Shown here piece by piece: positions 8,269 through 18,270 of a stretch of DNA of 64,000 bases; within the stretch, counting starts at the first letter, position 1; the number at the start of each line of letters is the position of its first letter. Source of the DNA: Enterococcus phage 9181; sequence record MT939240.1; one strand, given 5' to 3'. The translations under genes were made by a program, and so were the position numbers. The notes under the pieces were generated by a model. That model saw nothing but the letters and a program-made list of their open reading frames with translations, was not told the DNA's origin and did no database searches.

Positions 8269-9251
8269 TGCCATTTTTCAAATACCCTTCACTAACAAAT
8301 GAGTATGCAGTTGCCAAGTCCCGATCAATCCTGTCAAAGATGAATACCATCGCTTACTCAACAGAAAAGATTCATGGATCAAATGTTCAATATGTGTTTG
8401 ACGACCGTGATGATGTAGTTAACTTTGGAGCCTTCTCACGTAATGGTAAAAAGGTGGGAGGTAAGGACGACAATGGCGAACACATCGTGGACACTCAGTT
8501 TAAGTTAGTAATGGATATTGCCTTTCAGATGGACTTACCAAACATTGCAAGTTCCATCTTTACAGAGTTTAATCATGTGGATAGTATCAACATTTATGGA
8601 GAGTATTTTGGAAGTGGCGTTCAGAGAACACAGTATTTTATTAATGAACGTAATGAGCGTGGTTTCCAAGTATTTGACATCTTCTTGCATTACAAAGGAG
8701 ACCCTCAGGAAGTCTATCGTTCAATGGGGCTATTAGAACTAATTGACTTTGTAGGTCGTGACAAAATGGTTCCAATTGAGGACATTGTCTTCCTTTCAAA
8801 CCTTATTGAAAAGGATATTGTTGAACGATCCCATTATGGAGGGGAACGTGAAGGTAACGTCTATAAGGAAATACATGGTTCTTGGATTGACCCTGTTACC
8901 AAGTATTGTGGCATTAAGCATAAACGACCTGAGTTCCTAGAAGTTTCCAAAGCACCTAAGCAGCCTAAAGCTAAACTATCTGACGAGTTCTTAGAAGTTG
9001 TGGAAAGACTTTCTACTTACGTTACAGAGAACCGTGTCCGCAACATCCATTCACATGGTGACATTAAGTTTATCACAAAGAACATCGGAGCTATCATGCT
9101 TGAAGTTAAGAAAGACATCCTTAAGGAGTTTGAGGATAATGAAGAATCAATTCCTAATGTAGACCTAAGCAAAGCTATTAGAGCGTGTGACCGAGACATT
9201 GCCTTGGCTGTTAGGAAAGTCATTGCAGAGGTCGGAGACATGGAGGACTAA
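8268..9251 (+). CDS. ATP-dependent RNA ligase, Rnl2 family (327 aa)
   Basis: Nucleotidyltransferase motif I EKIHGSN, motif III-like IYGEYFG and motif V EGNVYKE all match Rnl2 (T4 Rnl2 motif I is KIHGTN). Confidence 0.65.
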   Translation: MPFFKYPSLTNEYAVAKSRSILSKMNTIAYSTEKIHGSNVQYVFDDRDDVVNFGAFSRNGKKVGGKDDNGEHIVDTQFKLVMDIAFQMDLPNIASSIFTEFNHVDSINIYGEYFGSGVQRTQYFINERNERGFQVFDIFLHYKGDPQEVYRSMGLLELIDFVGRDKMVPIEDIVFLSNLIEKDIVERSHYGGEREGNVYKEIHGSWIDPVTKYCGIKHKRPEFLEVSKAPKQPKAKLSDEFLEVVERLSTYVTENRVRNIHSHGDIKFITKNIGAIMLEVKKDILKEFEDNEESIPNVDLSKAIRACDRDIALAVRKVIAEVGDMED

Positions 9252-9252
9252 T

Positions 9253-9459
9253 ATGGAAATAAAAGCTTCTGTTAAAGACGTAGCATCGTGGGTTAAGAAA
9301 GAGGATGTTGAAGAGCTTGTAAAAGCCTTCGGTCTACTTGACCAACAAGAAGAAGAGAATATCTGTGAGTATTGTGGGCTTGAACACTTAGATCAATGGG
9401 AAGCTATGGACTGCTACAACTTCCATAACGACCCAGAATATGACCCTTGGGATATTTAG
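9253..9459 (+). CDS. Small Cys-containing acidic protein (68 aa)
   Basis: AGGA RBS upstream of ATG 9253. Contains CEYCG...C. Confidence 0.45.
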   Translation: MEIKASVKDVASWVKKEDVEELVKAFGLLDQQEEENICEYCGLEHLDQWEAMDCYNFHNDPEYDPWDI

Positions 9460-9468
9460 GAGGACTAA

Positions 9469-9618
9469 ATGAAATACGAATGTGAGATATCTCCCAGCTA
9501 CGAAAGCCTTACAAGGTTTATGAATTTTTACGACATTGCACCAGAACAAATTATCACTATTGGGTACGACCATAATAACGACTCGGTTAGCATGATTTAT
9601 ATTAAGGATGGGAGATAA
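9469..9618 (+). CDS. Small hypothetical protein (49 aa)
   Basis: RBS TAGGAGG. Confidence 0.45.
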   Translation: MKYECEISPSYESLTRFMNFYDIAPEQIITIGYDHNNDSVSMIYIKDGR

Positions 9619-9621
9619 GCT

Positions 9622-9786
9622 AGTGGAAAACATTTTATTAATTAGTATCGATGTTAAAACAGGCAAGGCACAGGGAGTGTGGAACGGAGAAGGCGAGACT
9701 TACGATTCTGTAGAAGAAACAAAAGAGCTGTTACAGACGCTTATTGAAGAGTTACCGTTAAAGGATAAGGAGGAGTTGTTCGAATA
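9622..9786 (+). CDS. Small hypothetical protein (54 aa, GTG start)
   Basis: GGGAGA RBS precedes the GTG. The ORF fills the gap before the HNH gene. Confidence 0.3.
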
Positions 9787-10323
9787 ATGCAAGAACGTTG
9801 GTGCGGAGTTTTAGGGTTGGAAAAATACTATGAAGTTTCCGACCGTGGGAGAATACGAACGGTCACTAGAAGAGACTCTCGTGGTCAGTTACGCCCCTCT
9901 AAATTTCTTAAGCCTTCTGGGAGATACTTGGCAACTACTTGTAGTATAGATGGAGGAAAACATTTCAGACTGTATGTACACAAAGAAGTATTGAGAGCCT
10001 TTTGCGGAGAAAGACCTGATGGAATGTTCATCAACCACATCAACGGTAATAAACATGATAACCGATTGGATAACCTTGAATATGTTACTCCTAAAGAGAA
10101 TAATGAACATGCTATGAGGAATGGTTTGACTAGTAAAAATTCCGTCGTAAAGATAACTCAACTAGATACAGGAATAATTTCACACCACCTATCAAAGAGA
10201 AAGGCATCCAAGTTTCTCAAAAAATACCCGTCCTATATAGCTGAAATATCCAGAGGATTGTACAAAAACACTAATCTAATAATAGAGGAGATACCATATG
10301 ACAATACACTGCGTTATATATAG
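9787..10323 (+). CDS. HNH homing endonuclease with N-terminal NUMOD4 motif (178 aa)
   Basis: NUMOD4 motif YEVSDRGRIRT, and HNH motif HINGNKHDNRLDNLEYVT. Confidence 0.8.
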   Translation: MQERWCGVLGLEKYYEVSDRGRIRTVTRRDSRGQLRPSKFLKPSGRYLATTCSIDGGKHFRLYVHKEVLRAFCGERPDGMFINHINGNKHDNRLDNLEYVTPKENNEHAMRNGLTSKNSVVKITQLDTGIISHHLSKRKASKFLKKYPSYIAEISRGLYKNTNLIIEEIPYDNTLRYI

Positions 10324-10759
10324 CCAACCTAATTGCATCAAATGTAAGATGACCTCAGAGAAGTTACAGAAGGTTATGCGAGTGAAACATGAACACCTTT
10401 TTGACAAGGGTAATGATGACTGGTCTCAACGTAAGATTGAGAAGTTCCGTGACCAAGGTTATGGATCATTTCCAGTGGTTAGAATCTACGAAGACGAAAC
10501 TGGAAGACGCCTCGATGACTGGTGTGATTTCCGTCCAGACCTTATTCAAAAATATTCTGCAATGGCTACAGAAGGTTTACCAGAAACAAAGCAGTTAAAA
10601 GAACATCGTGTTACAGTCACTGTCACTAAGGAAGTAAATATTATTGGAGACCCTGCTGAACCTAAACATGTTGCTGACATGGCGTTGAGTAAGTTAAAAG
10701 GTGACGGACTCAGTTGGAAAGTCCAGTCGGTAGAGGTAATTCCAGAACAAGTTAATTAA
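10298..10759 (+). CDS. NrdH/glutaredoxin-like redoxin with a ~75-aa C-terminal extension (153 aa)
   Basis: N-terminal VIYSQPNCIKC has a CxxC motif in thioredoxin-fold context. Confidence 0.5.
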   Translation: MTIHCVIYSQPNCIKCKMTSEKLQKVMRVKHEHLFDKGNDDWSQRKIEKFRDQGYGSFPVVRIYEDETGRRLDDWCDFRPDLIQKYSAMATEGLPETKQLKEHRVTVTVTKEVNIIGDPAEPKHVADMALSKLKGDGLSWKVQSVEVIPEQVN

Positions 10760-10839
10760 TCTTTTAAATGGAGGCTTGACAAAGCCTCTTTTTTATGCTA
10801 TATTATAACAGTAGATTAACAAGGGACGGGGATGAATTA

Positions 10840-11613
10840 GTGAAGAAATCAGTTTTAAAAGACAAGCTTATAAAAATGACTGGCAAGTCTGCGGAGGAGA
10901 TCGAACCTCTGATTACACACATATATGTACAACTCTTCGGAGTCTCTGGAAACGGAGGTAAATTCGGGGAGGCACACATTCCACGAGAGTTCTCGGACTA
11001 CTTTTTAGAAAACTCTCCTGTAGCACAAAAGCAAGGAGACATTTACAGAACTTTAACAAGGTATGTCGAGACCTTCAAGAGATACTACAACCCAAAAGAT
11101 GGTGACCAACCAATCTGTAATATTTATCTATGGAGCAATGAAAAAGGAAATGGTAAATCAACTACGGCAGCGGCATTACTAAATGAGTTTATGATTATGG
11201 GGTGGAAAGCCTCCGTATCACTTTCTCGTAGTTGGGATAAACCACCAGCATTCTTCTTGGATGTGAATGAATTACAAGCACTTTATAATAAGTTTACAAG
11301 AAATGGGATTGCTCAAGAGATTGCAGAAGAAGCTTCCCGTGAGTATTACAGATTGATTGACAAAGCTACAGTAGCACCACTTGTAGTATTCGATGATATC
11401 GGCGTAAGATCAGCAACAGAAGCTTTTCGTGGAGACATACATACCATCATTAATAAGCGTATGGTAGACGGATTGACTAGTATTTACACCTCAAACTTTC
11501 CATTGAAATACATGGCTGAGCTGTTTGATGAACGTATTTATGACCGTATTCACGCAAACTGCATAGACATCAATTTCAAAGGACAAAGCATGAGAGGAGT
11601 GAATGCTAAGTGA
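10840..11613 (+). CDS. DnaC/IstB-like AAA+ helicase loader (start uncertain; GTG 10840 chosen)
   Basis: Walker A GNGKSTTAAAL and Walker B VVFDDIG. Lies directly upstream of the DnaB-like helicase. ATG 10795 overlaps the promoter, so a downstream start is preferred. Confidence 0.6.
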   Translation: MKKSVLKDKLIKMTGKSAEEIEPLITHIYVQLFGVSGNGGKFGEAHIPREFSDYFLENSPVAQKQGDIYRTLTRYVETFKRYYNPKDGDQPICNIYLWSNEKGNGKSTTAAALLNEFMIMGWKASVSLSRSWDKPPAFFLDVNELQALYNKFTRNGIAQEIAEEASREYYRLIDKATVAPLVVFDDIGVRSATEAFRGDIHTIINKRMVDGLTSIYTSNFPLKYMAELFDERIYDRIHANCIDINFKGQSMRGVNAK

Positions 11614-12983
11614 GTAAAGCTACAATCACAGGAGAACTATTTCTATCAAAGGTTATTAATGATAACGATGTAACAGCTCTTAACCGGCACGGCATCACTC
11701 GTGAACACTTCCAAACATCAACCGAGCAGAAAGCCTACGACTTCATAATTGACTACGCTCGTTCCAACGAAGGGAATTCACCTAGTTATCAAGCACTACT
11801 TGAAAGAGTACCAGAGTTTGCATATCAAGCTTCTACAGAAGATTCATTCAAGTGGTTGGGAGAAAACATCAAGAAAGCAAAACTAAACCTTGCATTTACA
11901 AGCTTCTTTAATGGAGACGCATTTAATAAATTGTGGGCAGACTCTATCAAGGAGAACAATCCCCAAGGGTTTGCAGATGATGTAATCGCCGCTATCACTC
12001 ATATTAAGAACGATAACCGAATCAGCGGTAAGACAGGGCATTTGTTATCAGACGCCCCAGAGTGGTATGCTCCAGAATACTACGACCGCAAAGAAGGAAA
12101 TATTATCAAGTTCTGGAACAGTCATTTCAAAGGATTGGACGAGCTTCTTGGAGGAGGCTACCAAGGTGGTAACATGTACACTTGGTTTGCACGTTCAGGG
12201 CGTGGTAAATCTATTGTAACCATGGTAGAGGCGTTGTCAGCAGCTATTCAGGGAGCTAACGTTCTTATGTGGGTATTAGAAATGCCTAAGTACGAGTGGG
12301 CTTCACGGGCGTTCGCATTCCTATCTGCCCAAGAAGAAGTTAAACGTTCGGTTATTGACGGCGTAGATTACCTTGGGGGATATAATGTCCAAGAACTTAC
12401 AAAAGGTCAGTTGGACTACAACGAAGAAATGGACTTTATGACGTTTATCCAAACACTTAATGACAAGATTTCAGGATCGGTTACTATCAAAGCTGTGGAT
12501 GACGAAGACTTTATCAAGCGTGACGTACGCCAGTTAGAACGAGACATTGTGGAAACTGATGCAAACGTCGTTGTAGTTGACCCATTTTACTATATGAGTT
12601 ACTCTAAGAATACCTCTCAGACAGCAGGGGGAGACGCTGCCAACACTTCTAAGGAATTACGTGGTCTTGCAGGGCGTACTAAAGTCGTTCTACATGTAAT
12701 TACACAGGCTGACGAGGACAGCACAGAGAAACAAGGAGACGAACGGGAGTTGAAATTGCCTTCACGTTCAGAGGTTAAGAAGACTAAGCAAGTACTTGAG
12801 GATGCTTCTTACTTACTCTCTTTCGATAGTTGTGACGGGCGCTTCGCATTAGGAGTTAAGAAAGGTCGTTCTGGTGGGGAAGGAGAAGAGATTCAAGGTA
12901 TCTTCCTCCCTGCTATTGGATATATTAAAGAGTCTAACGACGCCATTGTCAAAGAATTGTTTGATAATAGCATTGAATTTTAA
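11610..12983 (+). CDS. Replicative DNA helicase, DnaB-like (457 aa)
   Basis: RecA-fold motifs FARSGRGKS and VVVDPFYYMS. The N-terminal domain is DnaB-like. Confidence 0.7.
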   Translation: MSKATITGELFLSKVINDNDVTALNRHGITREHFQTSTEQKAYDFIIDYARSNEGNSPSYQALLERVPEFAYQASTEDSFKWLGENIKKAKLNLAFTSFFNGDAFNKLWADSIKENNPQGFADDVIAAITHIKNDNRISGKTGHLLSDAPEWYAPEYYDRKEGNIIKFWNSHFKGLDELLGGGYQGGNMYTWFARSGRGKSIVTMVEALSAAIQGANVLMWVLEMPKYEWASRAFAFLSAQEEVKRSVIDGVDYLGGYNVQELTKGQLDYNEEMDFMTFIQTLNDKISGSVTIKAVDDEDFIKRDVRQLERDIVETDANVVVVDPFYYMSYSKNTSQTAGGDAANTSKELRGLAGRTKVVLHVITQADEDSTEKQGDERELKLPSRSEVKKTKQVLEDASYLLSFDSCDGRFALGVKKGRSGGEGEEIQGIFLPAIGYIKESNDAIVKELFDNSIEF

Positions 12984-12993
12984 GGAGGGCACT

Positions 12994-13791
12994 ATGGAAA
13001 AGAGCTTAAAGGATTTGAAAGTTGGAGATTACGTTCAGTGCCGTAGAAACATCAGAAAGTTTGTGAGTGGAGAGCTGTACATGGTTCAAAAGTCTTCCCA
13101 AGGGTATCTCAAAGTTACTTCTGGAATGACCCATGAGGCATACGAGAAAATGGATCACACTATGTATTTAGTAACCCCATTAGGAGGTCTATGTAGTATT
13201 TTCGAAGAACCCATGGAAAAGTACTTCGAATATCATAGCTTCAAACCTAAGTTTAAGGTTGGAGATGTAGCAGAACTTATAGCTGACGACTGTAATATGA
13301 CAGCGGAAGGCAATATACTCTATAAGTACGCAGGAGACACAGGAGTAGTTGCCAAAGTTACTAGAGTTTTTGGTACTCTGGTTTATGTAGAATGGGAAGA
13401 TGGATTTAAGGTCTACGAAACCAACTTAAAACTCCATGTGTCAACATCCAATAAAGAGGAGGAAACAGACATGAATAAATTTAAGGTAGGAGACAAGGTA
13501 GTATTAGATGGAGAAAGGTGGTCTTGCTTTAAAAACAAACCTTTTTACACGGTAACAGAAGCTACATCTGACGGTCGGATTAGACTATTGGATGATGACA
13601 TGGACGATTATTTCTGGGATGATATTGAGTTTAAATTTTACAAAGTTCCAGTTACGGAAGGTGTAGAAATGGCTGAGCACCTTAGAGAAGTTTTGGACGA
13701 TATGTCTCGACACTATGATGGGAATCACGAAAAGATCATGGTAGGGTTCGCAGGATACTTAGCAGGAATCATTAAGGGGGCTGAATTATGA
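12994..13791 (+). CDS. Hypothetical protein with three KVGD SH3/KOW-like repeats (265 aa)
   Basis: RBS AAGGAGGG. Repeats LKVGDYVQC, FKVGDVAEL and FKVGDKVVL. Confidence 0.6.
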   Translation: MEKSLKDLKVGDYVQCRRNIRKFVSGELYMVQKSSQGYLKVTSGMTHEAYEKMDHTMYLVTPLGGLCSIFEEPMEKYFEYHSFKPKFKVGDVAELIADDCNMTAEGNILYKYAGDTGVVAKVTRVFGTLVYVEWEDGFKVYETNLKLHVSTSNKEEETDMNKFKVGDKVVLDGERWSCFKNKPFYTVTEATSDGRIRLLDDDMDDYFWDDIEFKFYKVPVTEGVEMAEHLREVLDDMSRHYDGNHEKIMVGFAGYLAGIIKGAEL

Positions 13792-14348
13792 GTAAAAAAG
13801 AAAGAACTTTAGCAAATTTATCAAACGGTGGAATTATCCGTTGCATCAGTCCTATAAGAGGATTTAAAGAAGATTTATTATACAGAGCTAAAGACGAATC
13901 AGGCTGGCTTGTAACAAACTATGACAAGATGCAAGACCTTACCTTAGTTACACCAGATGGAGAGGTAGGTACTGTAGGTGGGGTGCTTCTCTCAAAATAT
14001 TTTGAACCTTATGAGTTTCAAGCAGATGATTTAGTCATACTAGAGAAACTTTTCAAAGATATTAAAGTATCGTCAGGACACCTATTGGATCAAGAATGCT
14101 ACAAAGTATCATGTGTTGATACGTCGGGAGTTGTGATTATTGAGGATACAAATAATAACGTCTGTGGTGTAAGCAAGACTTGTCTAGCACACTATGACGG
14201 AACCCAGAAAGCATTACGTGATCCTGAATATTATTGTGAACTTGCACGGCTGTACAATAACTTAGCTATCAACCTTAAGACAGCCCACGAAGCATCGCTT
14301 AAAATTGAGGATATTCGCAAATCCATAGACGAACACCTAACTAAATAA
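13788..14348 (+). CDS. Hypothetical protein (186 aa)
   Basis: Overlapping start. Coding-like composition. Confidence 0.55.
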   Translation: MSKKERTLANLSNGGIIRCISPIRGFKEDLLYRAKDESGWLVTNYDKMQDLTLVTPDGEVGTVGGVLLSKYFEPYEFQADDLVILEKLFKDIKVSSGHLLDQECYKVSCVDTSGVVIIEDTNNNVCGVSKTCLAHYDGTQKALRDPEYYCELARLYNNLAINLKTAHEASLKIEDIRKSIDEHLTK

Positions 14349-14351
14349 ATC

Positions 14352-14394
14352 CCAAGAAACCCTTGACAATTTCAGGGGTTTTTTGATATACTTA
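14352..14394 (+). promoter_or_regulatory. Terminator hairpin with embedded promoter (AACCC-TTGACAATTTCA-GGGGTT then T-run then TATACT)
   Basis: An inverted repeat flanks TTGACA. A T-run follows. A -10 TATACT lies 18 nt downstream of the -35. Confidence 0.45.
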
Positions 14395-14429
14395 TATTAT
14401 CAAATGAGACACATGAAAGAGGTTAAATA

Positions 14430-14984
14430 ATGGCAAAAGAGAAAGCCCCTAAATTTAAAGAAATCGAATATTATTCAAGCATAGATGTATCAGTAAATCC
14501 ATTCGTTGAGATCGGTGATTTGATAGAAGATCATAACTGGGAGTTTGAATTAAACCGTGAGACAGGCGACTTCACAAAGGTTCCTACAAAGGTTCAGTAC
14601 CTACAATGTAAAGGGTGTGAGTCTTGCAAACGTATTAAAAAATTGGGTAAGGTTATCCATGATTGGAAGGTCGCTAAGATCATTACTAAACCTTTCGAAG
14701 AGTGGACTAGAAAAGAAGTCTTGTGGCTACTGTCACAGCGTTACTCATTACGTGACATGTCGTTGATTACAGAATATGCAAACGTTCCTACCTTTTTGGA
14801 GGACGTTAAAGATAAGTTTGACGGCGTTGATGGGCTGAAAGCAATCTTCTTTTACAACATTCCTATCAGCATTGCTAAGCATATTAAGCGTATAGATGAG
14901 GAGGTTTTTGACAAACTTAAAGAAGAGTACGATGAAGAGTATGTAAGCGAACCAATTAAATTCTCTGAAAAGGTGGCTAGATAA
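14430..14984 (+). CDS. Hypothetical protein (184 aa)
   Basis: RBS AAAGAGG. Confidence 0.55.
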   Translation: MAKEKAPKFKEIEYYSSIDVSVNPFVEIGDLIEDHNWEFELNRETGDFTKVPTKVQYLQCKGCESCKRIKKLGKVIHDWKVAKIITKPFEEWTRKEVLWLLSQRYSLRDMSLITEYANVPTFLEDVKDKFDGVDGLKAIFFYNIPISIAKHIKRIDEEVFDKLKEEYDEEYVSEPIKFSEKVAR

Positions 14985-17605
14985 TGCTTAAGGTTAACCT
15001 ATCACTTGGAGACGAGTCTAAAGTAGACCCTCATGAAGCGATTGCAAAGGCGACAAAAGCTAAACAAATACCAACTATCGAAGAATCATGGGAAAAGATT
15101 CTAGGAATGAAGAACTCTAAGAAAGACTTAGAACGCCTGAATACCGTTAAGGAGCAGATGGAACTAGGTAATTTAGGGCGTGAGGAAGACAAGTTACATA
15201 AGGCTTTCTCGAAAGCCGAAGCACTACGTCTTTATAAACGCTACCAAGAGTCCATGCGTGAACAACGCTTAAAGGAAATGTTCACTAAGGACTTAGATAA
15301 GTACCCATTACTAACAGACATTGACCTGATTAACGACTATGTATATAAGGCTACACACGCTGATGGTATTCCATTACTTAACGCCGATCATATGGTTTCT
15401 CTCGATACCGAGACGGTTGGTAATGACGGTGGTGTTGACAAGTACCGTGAAAAGATAGCAGGGTGGTCACTAACCTTTTACAAAAATGGTGTTGAATACA
15501 ATGGTTACATTCCAATTGAACACTATCAGGAAGTTGAACCAGAGGTGTGGGAACTAGACCCACGTTGTGTAGACTATGATAAAGCCATTGGAGCTCTTTC
15601 TAGCATCCTTATCTCAGGTGTGGATACAGTCTGGCACAACGCCACATTTGACTTGGGTTTAATCTATGCTTTAACAGGAGTTGAACCTAAAGGAACCGTT
15701 CATGACACGCTTATTATTATGCACTTATTGAAAGAAGACTTGATGTCGTACGCTTTGAAAACACTGGCAACACAGTACCTGAACATCCCATCAGACACCT
15801 TCTCTGAAATGTTTGGTAAGAACGCCAAGTCCGCATACATTCCACTAGATGCCTTCCGTTGGTACGCTTCTAAAGATACTTGGGTTGGTTACAAGCTATT
15901 AGAATGGCAAGTTAAAATACTTTCTAAACCTCAATTCAGCAATATATTGAAGGCTTATTTACACATTGAAGCACCATGTATTAAGACCACTTTCCACACC
16001 GAGCGAACAGGGTTCGTAATGGACATGGAAGAAGTAGAACGACAACACGAGGAAAGTGTAGAACGTATCGCTGAATTAGAAAAGCGTTTAGCAGATCGTT
16101 TTGGAGACGTTAACTTCGGTTCCCCAGCACAGTTACAAAAGATGCTTTACTTTGACAACGACTGGAGTCAATATGTTACCAAGGATCACAAGAGTATTTT
16201 AGATGGTCATGAAAGCTTTGATGAATGGGGTATTAGTAATAATGGTAAGTTCGCAATGACTAACTCAGGAAGCATTATACTTGACCCTGTAGTTGTTACT
16301 ACGAACGAAGCGCTTGACTACCAAGGTAAAATTACTACCAAGACACTTGTCAAGCCTAAAAATAGCCAGTTAAAACTATCTGCTGACTCAGACGCTTTAA
16401 AAGCTATTGCAAAACATGCCCCAGAGCTTAGGGACTTGCTTGAACTTAAGGACTTGACTAAGCATTTAACATCATTTGTAGAGAAGATTCCAACCATGGT
16501 TTCTCCTGATGGACGATTACATGGAGACTTTAAACAAAGTAGCACTGTAACTCTTCGATACACTGCAAGCAATCCTAATTTACAACAGCAACCATACAAG
16601 GCTCGCTTAATGTTTACGGCACCAGAAGGGCAACTTATCCTAAGTGCCGATTTCTCGCAACAAGAACCTCGTCTAGCCACTCATATGAGTAATTGTAAGG
16701 CGTTGGCAGAACTTTACCGAGACGCACGTGACTTGTACTCGGAGACAGCCTCTTCAATCTTTAACAAGCCTCTCGAAGAGTGTGGGGATGGCTCCATTTA
16801 CCGTAAGCAAACAAAAGTCGTTGTACTTGCCGTTTTATATGGAATGTCACACTTCACTCTAGCAGGTATCCTAGGCATTTCTAATGATGAAGGCAAAGAG
16901 TTGATAGACAACTTCTATAAGACGTATCCAGAGCTACATAAATGGATTAAGAACAACGAGAAGGAAGTAGCTAAGCAGAAGTACGTTGAGACACCTTGGG
17001 GTACTCGTAGACGTTTTACTGATGTTAACTTTAACCTTCCTAAGAAGCCTTGGGGAGCTATGACAGAAGAAGATCGAAGAGCACGTTCAAACATCAACAG
17101 AGCCCTTCGCCAAGCTACTAATGCAAAGGTTCAGACCGCCGCTGCTATGCAAACTAAACAAGTTATGGTGGCTGCTGATAATCTTTTAGAAGAGCTTAAT
17201 AAAGCACGTGGCAAAGAGGTATTCCAATTCCTCGCCTTGGTGCATGATGAGATTCTGTACCTTGTTCCAGAAGATGTCACCAAAGATGAGGTAGAGTCTA
17301 TTCGTGATGTAATGATAAATACCGTCAAACTGATTGTTCCATCTAAGACTGATATGGCTTTGGGTAAATGTTGGGGAACACTTCAAGAGATAGATTACAT
17401 TGACCAAGACGTTTACTTGGTAGGTAGCACAAAAGCCAACCAGAAGACTGAGTGGACAGAAGGTATTGGGGAAGTAGTTAGTTGGAAGAAACTTTCTAGC
17501 CACCAACAAGGAGCCGTTTACGTTGATGGTAATGACACTGGTCTACGCCTTTCAGAAAAGGAATGGGCAAACTTCATTTCAAAAGTTTATAGCAAGAAAA
17601 AATAA
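14984..17605 (+). CDS. DNA polymerase I (family A) with 3'-5' exonuclease domain (873 aa)
   Basis: Exo I motif SLDTETVG, Pol A motif B RKQTKVVVLAVLYGMS, and motif C LVHDEIL. Confidence 0.9.
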   Translation: MLKVNLSLGDESKVDPHEAIAKATKAKQIPTIEESWEKILGMKNSKKDLERLNTVKEQMELGNLGREEDKLHKAFSKAEALRLYKRYQESMREQRLKEMFTKDLDKYPLLTDIDLINDYVYKATHADGIPLLNADHMVSLDTETVGNDGGVDKYREKIAGWSLTFYKNGVEYNGYIPIEHYQEVEPEVWELDPRCVDYDKAIGALSSILISGVDTVWHNATFDLGLIYALTGVEPKGTVHDTLIIMHLLKEDLMSYALKTLATQYLNIPSDTFSEMFGKNAKSAYIPLDAFRWYASKDTWVGYKLLEWQVKILSKPQFSNILKAYLHIEAPCIKTTFHTERTGFVMDMEEVERQHEESVERIAELEKRLADRFGDVNFGSPAQLQKMLYFDNDWSQYVTKDHKSILDGHESFDEWGISNNGKFAMTNSGSIILDPVVVTTNEALDYQGKITTKTLVKPKNSQLKLSADSDALKAIAKHAPELRDLLELKDLTKHLTSFVEKIPTMVSPDGRLHGDFKQSSTVTLRYTASNPNLQQQPYKARLMFTAPEGQLILSADFSQQEPRLATHMSNCKALAELYRDARDLYSETASSIFNKPLEECGDGSIYRKQTKVVVLAVLYGMSHFTLAGILGISNDEGKELIDNFYKTYPELHKWIKNNEKEVAKQKYVETPWGTRRRFTDVNFNLPKKPWGAMTEEDRRARSNINRALRQATNAKVQTAAAMQTKQVMVAADNLLEELNKARGKEVFQFLALVHDEILYLVPEDVTKDEVESIRDVMINTVKLIVPSKTDMALGKCWGTLQEIDYIDQDVYLVGSTKANQKTEWTEGIGEVVSWKKLSSHQQGAVYVDGNDTGLRLSEKEWANFISKVYSKKK

Positions 17606-17670
17606 GGGGTTGACAATATACCCCTTCCCATGCTATATTAAATTAGTAATCAAAACTAAGGAGGTTTCAC

Positions 17671-17919
17671 ATGGATAGAGAAGAATTAGAAGACTTGATT
17701 GACAGTTTACAGGCACAGCTTGACGAGGCACAGGACGACCTAAACGACGTAGAGGACGAGCTTTACGAAGCTGAGGAAGCTTTAGAAGAAGCAGAAGAAG
17801 CTGTCCTACAAGCTGAGAATTGGAAGGACAACATCCTTGACACTATCGAAGACCTTGAACAGCAACTCGAAGATGCCCAAGGAGAACTTGATGACCTTGA
17901 GGAAGAGGAGGACGAATAG
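17671..17919 (+). CDS. Hyperacidic coiled-coil protein (82 aa, about 45% D/E)
   Basis: RBS AAGGAGG. Extreme acidic composition, for example ...DDLNDVEDELYEAEEALEEAEEA.... Confidence 0.6.
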   Translation: MDREELEDLIDSLQAQLDEAQDDLNDVEDELYEAEEALEEAEEAVLQAENWKDNILDTIEDLEQQLEDAQGELDDLEEEEDE

Positions 17920-18248
17920 TGAAGCCTGTATTCGAACCATGGAAAGACAGAATCATTATAGGATCAAACATCTATGGAGAGAAGCACCTAGCTTTCATCG
18001 GAGGTGTAAATTGGGATGAGGAGTTAGAAGAATTTGTATATACCACAGAAGACGATTCTAGTGCATTCACCGAATCATACCTAATAGAAGAAGGAATAGT
18101 CTTAGTTGATAGAAATTACGAAACCACTAACGACCTTAAGGAGAGAATTGACGAGCTTTTGATAGAAAACTCTAACAAGAGTCGTATCATCAGGAACCTA
18201 AAGACCCGTCTAATTGAAATTCAAAGTATTGCAAAAGCAGTTTTATAA
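17919..18248 (+). CDS. Hypothetical protein (109 aa)
   Basis: ATGA overlap with the upstream gene. Confidence 0.55.
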   Translation: MKPVFEPWKDRIIIGSNIYGEKHLAFIGGVNWDEELEEFVYTTEDDSSAFTESYLIEEGIVLVDRNYETTNDLKERIDELLIENSNKSRIIRNLKTRLIEIQSIAKAVL

Positions 18249-18270
18249 ACAAAGGAAGAGGGATGTAAAT

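Noticed and set aside
10795-10839. ATG 10795 as the start of the DnaC-like loader
   Set aside because: It lies inside the TTGACA-17-TATATT promoter (10777-10805). The transcript would start downstream of it, so GTG 10840 with a GGGGA RBS was preferred. The start remains uncertain.
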